64,000 nucleotides of DNA from the human T2T-CHM13v2.0 reference genome, Homo sapiens. A program made the position numbers and the translations under genes. The notes under the pieces are model-generated. The model was not told the DNA's origin. It searched no databases and saw nothing but the letters and a program-made list of their open reading frames with translations. The DNA is taken from NCBI RefSeq assembly GCF_009914755.1, contig NC_060931.1; one strand, written 5' to 3'. Of the stretch, positions 19,414-34,329 are shown piece by piece. Every line of letters starts with the position of its first letter. Positions within the stretch are counted from its first letter, which is position 1.

Positions 19414-19710
19414 CCTCCTACTTTCCTTTAGATTGAAGTTTTTTGTTTGTTTTGGTTTTTGTTTGCCATTTTTTCACCTTTTACCTATAAGCTATTTCTT
19501 TGTGTGTGTGATTATCCTAGAGTTTATAATTTGAATCTTTAACTTTTCACAATCTACCCTTAAATTGCATTTAACACTTCATGAATAATACAAGAACCTT
19601 ACAGCAGCATACTTTGATTTCACTCTTCCGTCCTTTATGCTATTGTAGTCATGCATCTCGGAAGTTATAAAACCCACAATACACTGCTATTTTTTTCTTT
19701 AAACAATTCC

Positions 19711-20005
19711 TTTTTTTTTTTTTTTGAGACAGAGTTTCACTCTTGTTGCCCAGGCTGGAGTGCAATGGCGTGATCTTGGCTCACCGCAACCTCTGCCTCC
19801 CGGTTCAAGCAATTCTCCTGCCTCAGCTTCCTGAGTAGCTGGGATTACAGGCATGTGTCACCACGCCCGGCTAATTTTGTATTTTTAGTAGAGATGGGGT
19901 TTCTCCTTGTTGGTGAAGCTGGTCTCGAACTCCCAACCTCAGGTGATCTGCCCACCTCGGCCTCCCAAAGTGCTGGGATTACAGGAATGAGCCACTGCGC
20001 CCAGC
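19711..20005 (-). mobile_element. Alu (AluSp-like)
   Basis: GAGTTTCACTCTTGTTGCC, CTCACCGCAACC, TTTCTCC diagnostics. Confidence 0.93.
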
Positions 20006-20994
20006 CAATTATCTTTTAAAGAAATGAAAATAAGAGAAAGTATCTCTTACATTAGTCCACATATTTGCCATTCCTAGTGTTTTTCATTGTCTTGTATCTC
20101 ATGCTTATGTGTATCTTTTTCCTTTAGCCTGAAATTTTAATTTTATAATTTTTTGTAGTGCAATTTCTGCTGGGCAATAAATTTTCTCACCGTTTGTTTC
20201 TTTAAAAAATACCTTTATTTTGTCTTCATTTAGGGGAGACTATTTTAACTGAGTAAAGAATTCTAGGTTAATAGCTTCCCCCCCAACCCCAGCACTCTAA
20301 AGATGTCATGTTATTGTCCTCTAGCTTTCATTGTTTCTGACAATAAGTCAGCAGTCATTCTTATCTTTGTTCCTTCTACATAATGTGTCATTTCGCCCTC
20401 TGGCTGCTTTTAAGATTTTTCTCTTTATTTTTGGTATTCAACAACTTGATTGTGATATGTTTTGGTGTGGTTTTCTTTGAATTAATATTTATTCTTCTTG
20501 GAGCTCTTTGAGTTTCTTGGATCTTTGGGTTTATGATTTTAATCAAATTTGCAATTTGAAGAAAATTCAGCAATTATTTCTTCTGCCTCTGGTACTCCAG
20601 TTATATGTGTGTTGGATGGATTAATATTGTCCTACAGGTCACCAAGCCTCTGTTAAAATTTTTTTGGCTTGCTTTTTTCCCTCAGTGCTTTAGTTTGGAT
20701 ATATTCAGATTCATTGATCTTGTCTTTGTAGTGTCAAATCTGCTGTTAAGCTCATCCTATATTTTTTTATCTTAGACATTATATTTTCAGCTCCAGCAGT
20801 TCCATTGGTTCTCTTTTAAATCTTCTATTTCTCTCCTCATTATGTTTGTTTTCCCTTTAAAATCTTGAACATATTTCTATAGCCAATTTAAAGTCTTGCA
20901 AACTAATTTGATCACTTCTGGATCTGTTTCATTGATTTTTTAAAAATTACAAGTCATATTTTCCTACTTCCTCACATGTCTGTACATCCTTTTA

Positions 20995-21360
20995 CAGCTT
21001 TATCGAAATACAGTTTACTTTACCATACAATTCATTAATTTATCATGTATACTTTAATGACTTTTAGTATATTCACAGAATTGTACATCCATCATCACAA
21101 TCAATTTTACAATATTTTCCTTATCCCTAAAAGAAGCCCTCATCCCCCAATCCCTCCATTCTGCCCCACCCTCAGCCCTAGGCAATCACCAATCTACTTT
21201 TTGTCTTTAGAGATTTGTCTATTCATATAAATGGAATAATACCATCTTTGATTCTTCGTGACTTAACATCATGTGTTCAGAGTCCATCCATGTTGTGGCA
21301 TGTATCAGTTCTTGTTTCTTTTCATTGCCAATAACATTCCATAGTATGGCTATAGTAAGT
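20995..21360 (-). mobile_element. L1M 3'-end fragment
   Basis: CAGCTTTATCGAAATAC...CATATAAATGGAATAATAC...CATTCCATAGTATGG. Confidence 0.8.
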
Positions 21361-22173
21361 ATTGATTGGATGGTTAATATTGTGATGTTATGCTATTCTT
21401 GTTCCATCCATGGCAATTTTATGACACAAATATGACTCTCCCTACTTTACGGATGAGGAAAGTGTGTCTCAGATAGAAGGCCACACAGTGGGTGGAACTC
21501 CTAGGAAGTTGGTATAACAGAAAGGACATGGCCTTACCCTAAGGGGAGAGGCATAGGCATGCTTTGCAAAAGGTCGGAGGGAAGACATAGGGAGCTCCCC
21601 CAAAAAGTAAGTCTGGTGAGGGAGGTACAACCATGCTTTGGAAACTCTGATCTGAGTGGGGCATGGACCCTTCCCTGAGAAGCCCCAATCAGAGGGGGAA
21701 GCTGTGACCCTTTCTTGGGCACTGTGACCTGAGGGGAGATGTGGTCCCACTTAGAAAAGCCCCCATTCATCAGGCCTCTCTTGATCAGTGGAGGTCAGCA
21801 GGCATGGGCCTGGGTCCTAAGGCACCTTCAGCTCTCCGGAGGGCCTGCCAGCACAGGGCACAAGGCCACATCTGTTTGCAGGAAGCTGCTACTCAGACAG
21901 GGCCAGAAGTGATGCCAGGCACAGAGCCGGAATCCCAAAGCACCCAGTCTGGGCTTTGCCCACAGCTGGGACCCAGAGCTGTCCAATGACTATGACAGCG
22001 CCTAGTCAGTGGGTGCTTATTCATATCCGCTGGGTGGTAGTTGGGCCACCTGCCTCCAGCTCTGCAATCCCCTCTCCCTGTACCTGGGGCCTCTTGTTCT
22101 CTCACCTGTGGGTTCAGCTTCACTCCAGGCTCAAAGACCAGGAGGCTGCCCAGAGATTAGGAGGGATTTAAGC

Positions 22174-22785
<612 letters not shown>

Positions 22786-22826
22786 AAAAAGCAGAGGTTT
22801 TCTTATCAGGATAATGTAATGTTCTA

Positions 22827-23210
<384 letters not shown>

Positions 23211-24619
23211 TTAAATGGGTGAATTGTATGGTGTGTGAATTTTATCACAATAAAGCTATTCTTTTAATAAAAGCAATAAGTGCAAAATTGTGTAAGGATA
23301 TGGGGTTGGCCATAGGAGGGATCTTTGCTGACTAATGGAAGGTGGGGTGGACCTCAAAAATCCAGTTACTCAACTACCTCATTTGCCAGTGGAGTTGGCC
23401 CTGATTCTTGCCCAAGGGACAGGGTGAGTCGGGATTGAATGGGGGGTCTCTGGACTCTGGGCCTGGGGGTCCCTCCAATACCTCCTGCGGCCTCCCTGGC
23501 CACCCCATCCCCTGGCGTCCTTCCCTTTGGCAATTTGTCCCATGGGTGACAAATTGCACCCATGACCTGTCTGCATTCCGCCCCTACCCTGCCTGCCTGG
23601 TCAGTTGGTCTGGACCCCCAGAGGTCTTCCTCCTGCCAAGCCAGTGTCCTGGGTGGACCCAGCTTGGGTGGAGAGATGACATGTTTTGTTCTCTGGGCAG
23701 GAAGGGTCAGGAAATTGAGTCTGACACCTGGCAAGGCCCACAGCCTGGGCAGCGAGTCGGGAAGGCCGGCCCATGCTCCCAGCCAGGCTTCTCCAGTCCA
23801 GCCCTTCGCTGGGGTCCTGGCGGTGCCCAGAAGTGGGCACGCCCGGGGAACCGTGAGTGGCAGGCTGCCCGTAGATAATGGAAAAGTCCAGGCATCGATC
23901 ATGGAGGGCCTGACAGGTCTGTGTTCGTGTTAACAATAGGAGAGGCATTTGAGAGCCAGAGGTGGTGGGATTCCCAGCGGCTGCCTTGGAACACATGCGT
24001 GGCTACCTCTGGAGCTTTTGCCACCATGCTGCCAACAAGACCCCCAGACACCCTTGCCTCAGGCGTCTCCACCAACCTCATCCTCCCCTCTCCTGACAGC
24101 TCTCCACAGGCCAAACCACTAGACCCAATGTCCCCCTTCCAGCTTTCCTGTGTAATTCTTTGCAGACCCTCTGCCTGGCCCTGCCTCCGCTCCTCATCAC
24201 CCCCAGCGGCTCAGGGCTGCTTTGTGTCTGCTCAGGAAGGCCCTTGCAATCCTTCCCGGCTGTGGCCAGGGCCTTGCTTTGTGTTTGAATGGGAGGGCCT
24301 GTCCCCAAGCACTGGCTTGGAAACTCCTATCCCATCTGCTGTCTGGCTCCTGCCTGGTGTTCACTCACATTAGCTAAGCCTGGGGGGCCACTGGATCCCC
24401 TTCCTGCCTATTGTCTTGTGGACAGCCAGGTGCTCTTCAGGGATCCTGACTGCTTGGGGGAGGCTGCTGGGACTGAAATGGTTGGAGGAGGCTGCTGGGA
24501 CTGAAATGAAGGGATCCACTCTGTGGCTGGGTGAGCTTCGAGATTCATGGAGGGATGTCAGTCAAGAGCTCTTCTCATGACCCACAATGGCATCCCCATC
24601 CCACCATTGCCACAGCCAG

Positions 24620-27090
24620 TGTCTTCACCATCTTTATCATTTCTTCCACCATCACCTCCATCCTCACCTCTGTGTTCACCTCCATCCTCATCTCCGTTCT
24701 TACCTCCACCTCCACCTCTATCCCCAACTTCATTTTCACCTCCATCCTCACCGTGACTTTCAGATGTATCCTCACCTCCACCTTCACCTCCATCCTCACC
24801 TCTGTCCTCACCTCCACCTTCACTTCCACCCTCACCTCCATCCTCACCTCCATCCTCACCTCCACCTTCACCTCCATCCGCATCTCCACCCTCACCTCCA
24901 CCCTCACCTCCACCCTCACCTCCATCCTCACCTCCACCCTCACCTCTATCTTCACCTCCACCCTCACCTCCACCTTCACCTCCATCCTCACCTCCATCCT
25001 CACCTCTACCTTCACCTCCACTCTCACCTCCATCCTCACCTCCACCTTCACCTCCACCCTCACCTCCATCCTCACCTCCACCTTCACTTCCATCCTCACC
25101 TCTGTCCTCACCTCCACCCTCACATCCACCCTCACCTCCATCCTCATCTCCATTGTCACCTCCACCTTCACTTACATCCTCAAGACCACCTTCCCCTACA
25201 CCTATACCTCTTTCCTCACCTCCACCTTCACATCCATCCTAACCTCCATCCTCACCTCTGTCCTCACTTCTGTCCTCACCTTCATCTTCACCTCCATCCT
25301 CGCCTCCATCTTCACCTTTTTACTTCATCCTGACCTCTATCCTCACCTCCACCTTCACCTCCACCCTCACCTCCATCCTCACCTCCACCCTCACTGCCAT
25401 CCTCACCTCCACCCTCACCTCCACCTTTACCTCCACCCTCACCTCCACCCTTACCTCCACCTTCACCTCCACCCTCACCTCCATCCTCACCTCCACCTTC
25501 ACTGCCATCCTCACCTCCACCCTCACCTCCATCCTCACCTCCACCCTCACCTCCACCCTCACCTCCACCTTCACTTCCACCCTCACCTCCATCCTCACCT
25601 CCACCTTCACTTCCATCCTCACCTCCATCCTCACCTCCACCCTCACCTCCACCCTCACCTCCACCCTCACCTCCACCTTCACTTCTACCCTCACCTCCAT
25701 CCTCATCTCCACCTTCACTTCCATCCTCACCTCCACCCTCACCTCCATCCTCATCTCCATCATCACCTCCATCCTCACCTCCACCTTCACTTCCATCCTC
25801 ACCTCCATCCTCTCTTTCATCTGCACTTTCATCTTCACCTTCATCTTCACCTCCATCCTTGCCTCCATCTTCACCTTTTCAGCTTCATCCTGACCTCTAT
25901 CCTCACCTCCACCTTCACCGCCACCTTCACCTCCCCCTCACCTCCACCTTCATCTCCATCCTCACCTCCACCTTCACCTCCACCCTCACCTCCATCCTTA
26001 CCTACACCCTCACCTCCATCTTCACCTCCACCTTAACCTCCACCTTCACCTCCACCCTCACCTCCATCCTCATCTCCACCTTCATCTCCATCCTCACCTC
26101 CACCTTCACTTCCATCCTCACCTCCATCCTCACCTCCACCCTCACCTCCACCCTCACCTCCATCCTCACCTCCACCTTCACCTCCACCCTCACCTCCACC
26201 TTCACCTTCACCCTCACCTCCATCCTCACCTCCTCCATCCTCACCTCCATCCTCACCTCCACTCTCACCTCCATCCTCACCCGTCCTCACCTCCATCCTC
26301 TCCTCCATACTCACCTCTATCTTCACCTCTGTCCTCACCTCTACCTTCACCTCTATCCTCACCTCCACCCTCACCTCTACCCTCACCTCCACCTTCACCT
26401 CCACCCTCACCTCCACCTTCACATCCACCCTCACCTCCATCCTTACCTCTACCTTCACCTCCATCCTCACCTCCACCCTCACCTCCATCCTCACCTCTAC
26501 CTTCACTTCCATCCTCACCTCCATCCTCACCTCCACCCTCACCTCCATCCTCATCTCCATTGTCACCTCCATCCTCACCTCCACCTTCACTTCCATCCTC
26601 AAGACCACCTTCACCTACACCTACACCTCTATCCTCATCTCCACCCTTAACTCCACTCTCATCACCACACTCACCTCCACACTTACCTCCACTTCCACCT
26701 CCATCCACACCTCCATCCTCACCTCCACCTTTACCACCATCTTCACCTTCATCTTCACCTCCATTGTCCCCTCCATTCTCCTTTCTTCACCTCCATCTTC
26801 CCCTCCATTCTCACTCACTGTCACTCTTTCACCTCCATCCTCATCTCTGTCCTCCCCTCCATTCTTCTCTCCATCTTCACTTCTGTCCTCCCCTTCCTCC
26901 TGCCCTCCATCCTCACCTCCATTCTCACCTCCACCCTCACCTTTATCCTCACTTTCATCCTCATCTCTATCCTCACCTCCACCTTCACTTCCATCCTTAC
27001 TTCCACCTTCACCTTCACACCTGTCCTTACCTTCATCCTCACTTCCACTATCTTCACCAACTCCACCATCATCACTGCCACCATCACCCA
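24620..27090. repeat. 2.5-kb C-rich degenerate 6/12-bp tandem array (CACCTC-CATCCT / CACCCT / CACCTT)
   Basis: Direct inspection; + strand almost free of G; generates the poly-TSIL, HPHL, VRME and GGED ORFs. Confidence 0.97.
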
Positions 27091-27949
27091 CCCAGCCTCC
27101 AGGTGGGTCTCCTGCCATCACTAAATGCTTAATAACCAGGCATGGGTCTGGACAGAGAGGTGACCCTGGATGATGGGTGTGGCCAGGCTGCAGGTCCTGC
27201 CTGCCTTGTGGCTCATGTCTGCCTATGAGCTGGGACTCTTTTCTTGCATGGCAATGATAGCAGATGGCGGAGGTCTGTGCCGACTGGCTTGGCACCTGCA
27301 ATCAATGCCTGCAGATCTGTGGATGGCTCACCATCAGGGCCACCTGGCTCATGGAGGCCCAGGAGCCTTGTACCCCTTACTTCAGATCTCAAAGAAATCA
27401 GGAAATTCCAGGAGGAGGGAAGAGCTAAAAGCAGAAGTCAGTGCTTCAGCTGTGCCATCGACTCAGGGTTGCCTCCAAAAGTCACTGCCTCCTCTCCAGG
27501 CCTCCCTTTCTCATCTCTAAGATGAAAAGAGCAGCACTTCCTCACGTTCACAGAGGGTGCAACAGGGCGCAAGGTATGTCCACAGGCTCCTGTCTCCTGA
27601 GGGAGGACTTCCCAGCAGGGCTTCTGTCTCAGACCACCTGGGAGCATTTCCAGCCCCCACCTCTCAGCAGCCTGGAGACCCTGAGGAAGTCACTCACTGT
27701 TTCTGCCAAGCACCAGCTTCCTCATCTATCAACAGAGGATAAACAATACACTCCACCACTTAATCTACCACATAAGGGCATCTTAAATGGTTGGTTATTA
27801 TTATTATTTTTAGACAGAGTTTTGCTCTGTCACCCTGGCTGGAGTGCAGTGTTGCAATCATAGCTCACTGCAGTGTCAGCCTGCTGGGCTTAAGTTAAGG
27901 GGTAGAGGCTATGCAGATTACCTGAGCTCATTCACATATAGCAGTTGCT

Positions 27950-28820
<871 letters not shown>

Positions 28821-28862
28821 TAAGAGCATGAATGCCTGGCCAGTAAATAAGGAGGATCTTGG

Positions 28863-29156
28863 AGGCTGTGTGTGATGGCTCACACCTGTAATCTCAGCAC
28901 TTTGGGAGGGCAACGCAGGTGGATCACTTGGGCGCTAGGAGTCGAGACCAGCCTGGGCAACATGGTGAAACCCTGTCTCTCAAAAAAAAAAAAAAAATTA
29001 GCTGGGTATAGTGGCACATGCCTGCAGTTCCCACTACTCAGGAGGCTGAGGTGGGAAGATAGCTTGAGCCCAGGAGTTCGAGACTGCAGTGAGCTATGAT
29101 TGTGCCACTGCACTCCAGCCTAGGCGACAGAGCAAGACTCTGTCTAAAAAATAAAA
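28863..29156 (+). mobile_element. AluJ-like
   Basis: Full dimer with J-type right arm. Confidence 0.92.
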
Positions 29157-29470
29157 GAACGATCTGGGATCCTTAAAGCCAAGCACTAGGAGGGTCCTCG
29201 GAGCCCACCAGCACATCCACATCATTCAAAGGAGAATCAAAGCCAGAGAAGAGCAGGGCAAGGACAGAGTCAGAGCAGATACCTAGGCTTTTCTCCTTCC
29301 TGCCATCCTGAGCTGATGCTCTTTTGCACTATCAGCAAAATGGTCCGATGTCCATGGAGATTGGTACTCCAGGACAAGTCCCAGGCTTGCTTCCCTTCCT
29401 GTCCTTGTTGTTTTGGGTCCAGGGGTCTAGGAGTCTTTCACTAGATGAAGCCTTTAGAACAGGACAGTCA

Positions 29471-29752
29471 AGGCTGGGCATGGCAGCTCACACTTGTAAT
29501 CCCAGCAATTTGGGAGGTCGAGGCAGGGGGATCACTTGAGGTCAGGAGTTTGAGACCAGCCTGGCCAACATGGTGAAACCCCATCTCTACTAAAAATACA
29601 AAAATTAGCCAGGCATGGTGGCATGCACCTGTAATCCCAGCTACTCGGGAGGCTGAGGCAGGAGAATCACTTGAACCACGAGGCAGAGGTTGCAGTGAGC
29701 TAAGATCATGCCACTACACTCCAGTCTGGGAGACAGAGAGCGAGACTCCGTC
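29471..29752 (+). mobile_element. Alu (AluSx-like) without poly-A tail
   Basis: Dimer ends GAGACTCCGTCT-AACATCAGG. Confidence 0.92.
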
Positions 29753-30712
29753 TAACATCAGGATTCTTGGCAGCAGTTCTGCCAGGAGAGCCACCCTCCT
29801 GTGCCACAGTCATGCCTGCCTCACCTTCATCTAGAGCTGCCCCAGACACTTTATGTCATAGTGGAGAAACTGAGGCTCGGGCTTGGCAACCACACAAGGT
29901 GCACAGCGAAAGCAGAGCTGGGAGGATTCAAGGTTCATCCGACGCCCCTGAGACGTGCACGGAAGCCCCCTGTCCCCATCCACTCCTCCCAGGGCCCATG
30001 GGGGAAGGCTGGATGGTAATCTGGGGAGGAGATGGAAAACAAGATGAGCAGATGCTCAGCCAGCCAGCCGCCTGTGGGCCAGGGCTGCCTGCCACCCCCA
30101 GCCCAGCCTGCTTCTGCCAGGGCCTGGTGCCTGCTGCACCGCGGGTGGCCAGAACGCCCGGCTCCCCAGGCCATCGCCCTCTCTCCCCATGGTCCAGGCA
30201 CAACTCCCACGCCAGTGGGCCTGGGTGCCTGGAGCACCATCCATAAGCCAGCCCTGGGTCCATGCCAGCCGCAGCCAGCCATGGGGCTGAGCAGGCAGCT
30301 GGCGTCTGGACACAGAGCCTCACTGAGCAGGGGGAGTGAGGCCTCTGGGGCTGCCTCTGGGGCCGGGGTTGGGCTTGGCTCCCCTGCTGCCCAGCGCCCA
30401 CCAAGAGGTGAGGAGAAGGAGATGAGATCTAAGGTAGGAAAGGGGAGCTGGGGACTGGCAGTAAGTGGGTGTTTTAGGGGAGACTTTCTAGGTGAGAGGA
30501 GGTAAATGGAGGTCCACATACCCAAATATATCCCACTGGGTGGCCCCAGTCACTCATCCTCTGCAAGTCTCCCCCGATCCTCTGGGTGTCTCATCTCAGC
30601 AGGTGAAACTGAAAGTCTCCCCAGAGTCCAGGCAGCCCTCTATAACCACCCCCCTGACTTTCAGTTCCACTCCATCATGAAATTTGGTTCACAATTTTCC
30701 AGACAGCTTGTG

Positions 30713-30729
30713 CTCTCTCTCTCTCTCTT

Positions 30730-30766
<37 letters not shown>

Positions 30767-30790
30767 GTCTCTCGCTCTCACTCTCGCTCT
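30713..30790. repeat. (CT)n microsatellite
   Basis: Direct inspection. Confidence 0.95.
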
Positions 30791-31403
30791 CACCCTGCAG
30801 CCACGTGGCAGTGTTTAAGCACAGACCTCTCCATCCCTTACTGGGATCATTGCACCAGCCTCTGCCAGAATCCCCTGCCACCAGGCTCACCCTGCCTGTC
30901 CAAACCCCTCGGCAGTCAGGGTGAGCGTGCGAAAGTGGCAAGTCCAACCGTATGATTGTGTCCCCTGAGCCTGATGCCCTTCCCCAGCTTCCTGTGTACT
31001 GCAGAGAAAGTTCCAGCTCCTTAGCCGCATAGTCAAGGCTCCTGGAGTCTTGGCCCCTAAGGCATCGGTGCTCTCTGGGTCCCTCTCCCTGTGCACCTCA
31101 CCTGCCTTCCAGGTGAGGTGACTCCTGGAAAGTCTTGGCTGTTCAGCAGTGCCCCTGCAGCCCAGGCCTGGAATAGCCTTCTCTCAAGATTTGGCTAAAA
31201 CATCCCCATCTCCATGAAGCATTCACACCTCCTCCCTACCTCCTGCCAGCCTGAGGGAGTTGACCACCCCCTCGAGGCTGCCCACTTAGGCTGCTGTGCA
31301 CCCATGTGACACCCATGTGACACCGGTGTGACACATCGACTGTTACACTGGGGGCACCGATTTGGGTCTTAGCCTGTCTTCTTCACCAATATAAAACCTC
31401 CTA

Positions 31404-31725
<322 letters not shown>

Positions 31726-32009
31726 TCAGCCTGGTTTCCTTTTTTCTGTGGCCCCAGTGTCCAACACTGGTCTAACGGGGCCCTGGGGACACATTCATTC
31801 ATTCCTCCACTCTGTACTTTGGAGGTATTTTTTGAAGATCAGACGCATTGTCAGGCAGGACAGCCATGCCCCAAACCACAGAGTCCGGGGGCAGCTGATG
31901 GGACCTAGGAGGCGAGGAGAGGCATGGGTTATCAGTGTCTGATGGAGGCAACCCGGCTCCTGCCCCCAGGGAAGCCTGCTCCGGGGCAGCCTAGAGCATA
32001 GGATGGCGT

Positions 32010-32165
32010 GGGCTGGAATTTAAGCCCTACCGTCTCCTAGCTGTGTATTCTGAGTAAGATGCTCACCCTCTCTGAGCCTCCGTTTCCTCGTCTACGAAGC
32101 TGGGTGACGCCATTCCCCACCAGGGTAGTGTAAGCAATGATTTGGGCTGAGAAAGCACATAGTGG
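32010..32165 (+). mobile_element. MIR
   Basis: CTCTCTGAGCCTCCGTTTCCTCGTCT core. Confidence 0.75.
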
Positions 32166-32846
32166 GTCACTTTGCATCCCATTCTTCCAGAGCTTCTAGT
32201 TCAATGTGGAACACTTGGGGCCCATCCTCAAGCAGGGATTGGGGACCTTCCAGCCTGTAGAAGCCCCACTCATGTGCCCCTGTGGGAATGCAAGGGTAGT
32301 AGGTGGTCCTGGAAGTCCCTGACCTGAGAGAGGTGGCTGCCTGAGTTGCGGGTACAGGGGGTACCCTCCTGCCTACAAGCTGCCACAGGCCCTCGCCCTC
32401 TGCCCTCCTCAGCAGCCCTGCAGGGACCAGAACCGGGCACACCCAGCCCTGGCCCTGAAGCTGTTGGCAGGGCCAACCCTGTCCTTGATCCTGGCCCTGT
32501 GCCTGGCATCCCTCTGGCACTTCCCGGGCACCGGCTTCCTGCGGGTGGATGCAGGCTCATGCCTGTGCCAGCTGGCCCTTCAGGAGCTGAAGGTACCTGG
32601 AGCCAGACCCATGCCTGCTGACCCTCCCAGGGAGGCCTGATGAGTGGGGCCTGAGGATTGGGACCACATCTCTCCCCAGGCTCTGAGGGTCCCTGTCCCC
32701 AGCTGCCACCCTTGACTAGGGCTTCTTAGGGAATGGCCTTGTGTCCCACACCACCACCTCCCCACTAGACTAGACTTTCTGGGCCAGAGCTGTGTCTCCT
32801 CACTCAGACCCCTTCCCAGAGCATGAGGGTTTCTTTCCCATTCTGA

Positions 32847-33153
<307 letters not shown>

Positions 33154-33554
33154 CAAATTCCATACTTTTGAGACATTTCTTAAAGATTAAACACATTCTT
33201 AGGCAGGACAGCCATGTCCCAAACCACAGGGTCTGGGGGCAGCTGAGGGCACCTGGGAAGCAAAGAGAGGCGTGGGTTATTGACGTCTGATGGGGGCAAC
33301 CCAGTGTTTCCCACAGATCCTCCTGGCTGAGGTGGCCTGGTGGGCAGGCCGGGGGCCTGTGAGGAGGCGACTGCTTTAAGGCCTGGACTGCATGGGGTGC
33401 TGGACTGCTGGGGGAACAGGTGGGGAGGAAGAATTTCTTGGGTGCAATAGCGGGCATGAGGATGTGGGAGTCAAGTTCAGCTCCCTGGCTTCTGGCCCAG
33501 GCAACCGAAGCGGTTCCTGGGAGGACACGTTGGCAGGAGAGGTGATGGGGGCTA

Positions 33555-33962
<408 letters not shown>

Positions 33963-34329
33963 TCAGAAGGGTCTGTGGGCTCCCCAAGGCCGGCCTGCCC
34001 TGGCCTGAGGCCCCCCTCTCTGCCCTCCAGCACTTCAACTCCATGCAGAGCCCTCACACACCCCTGGAGTTTTCCAGGTGGAAATTCTCCTCAAAGGCCC
34101 TCTCTGATTCTACATGTTCAAGGCATCTTGTCTCTGGGCCTACCACCTCCAACCCCCAGCAGGCCTGTGGGGTCCAAGATTGCGCCTCCCCACCAGAGCT
34201 CTGGGCCCTCCTCCCAGAGGGGGCAGTGGCCAAGGAAGGAGACAGGCCTCCCGGTGACCCCTGCCCACCTCTCCCTTCTCCCCACCAGTTCCAGACACAT
34301 TTTCAATTTATCTTTCTGTGTTGTTTATT

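Noticed and set aside
24531-26036. 501-aa mucin-like or His-rich ORF as a real CDS
   Set aside because: It lies within a G-free simple repeat that can rarely form stop codons, and it switches repeat frame mid-ORF.
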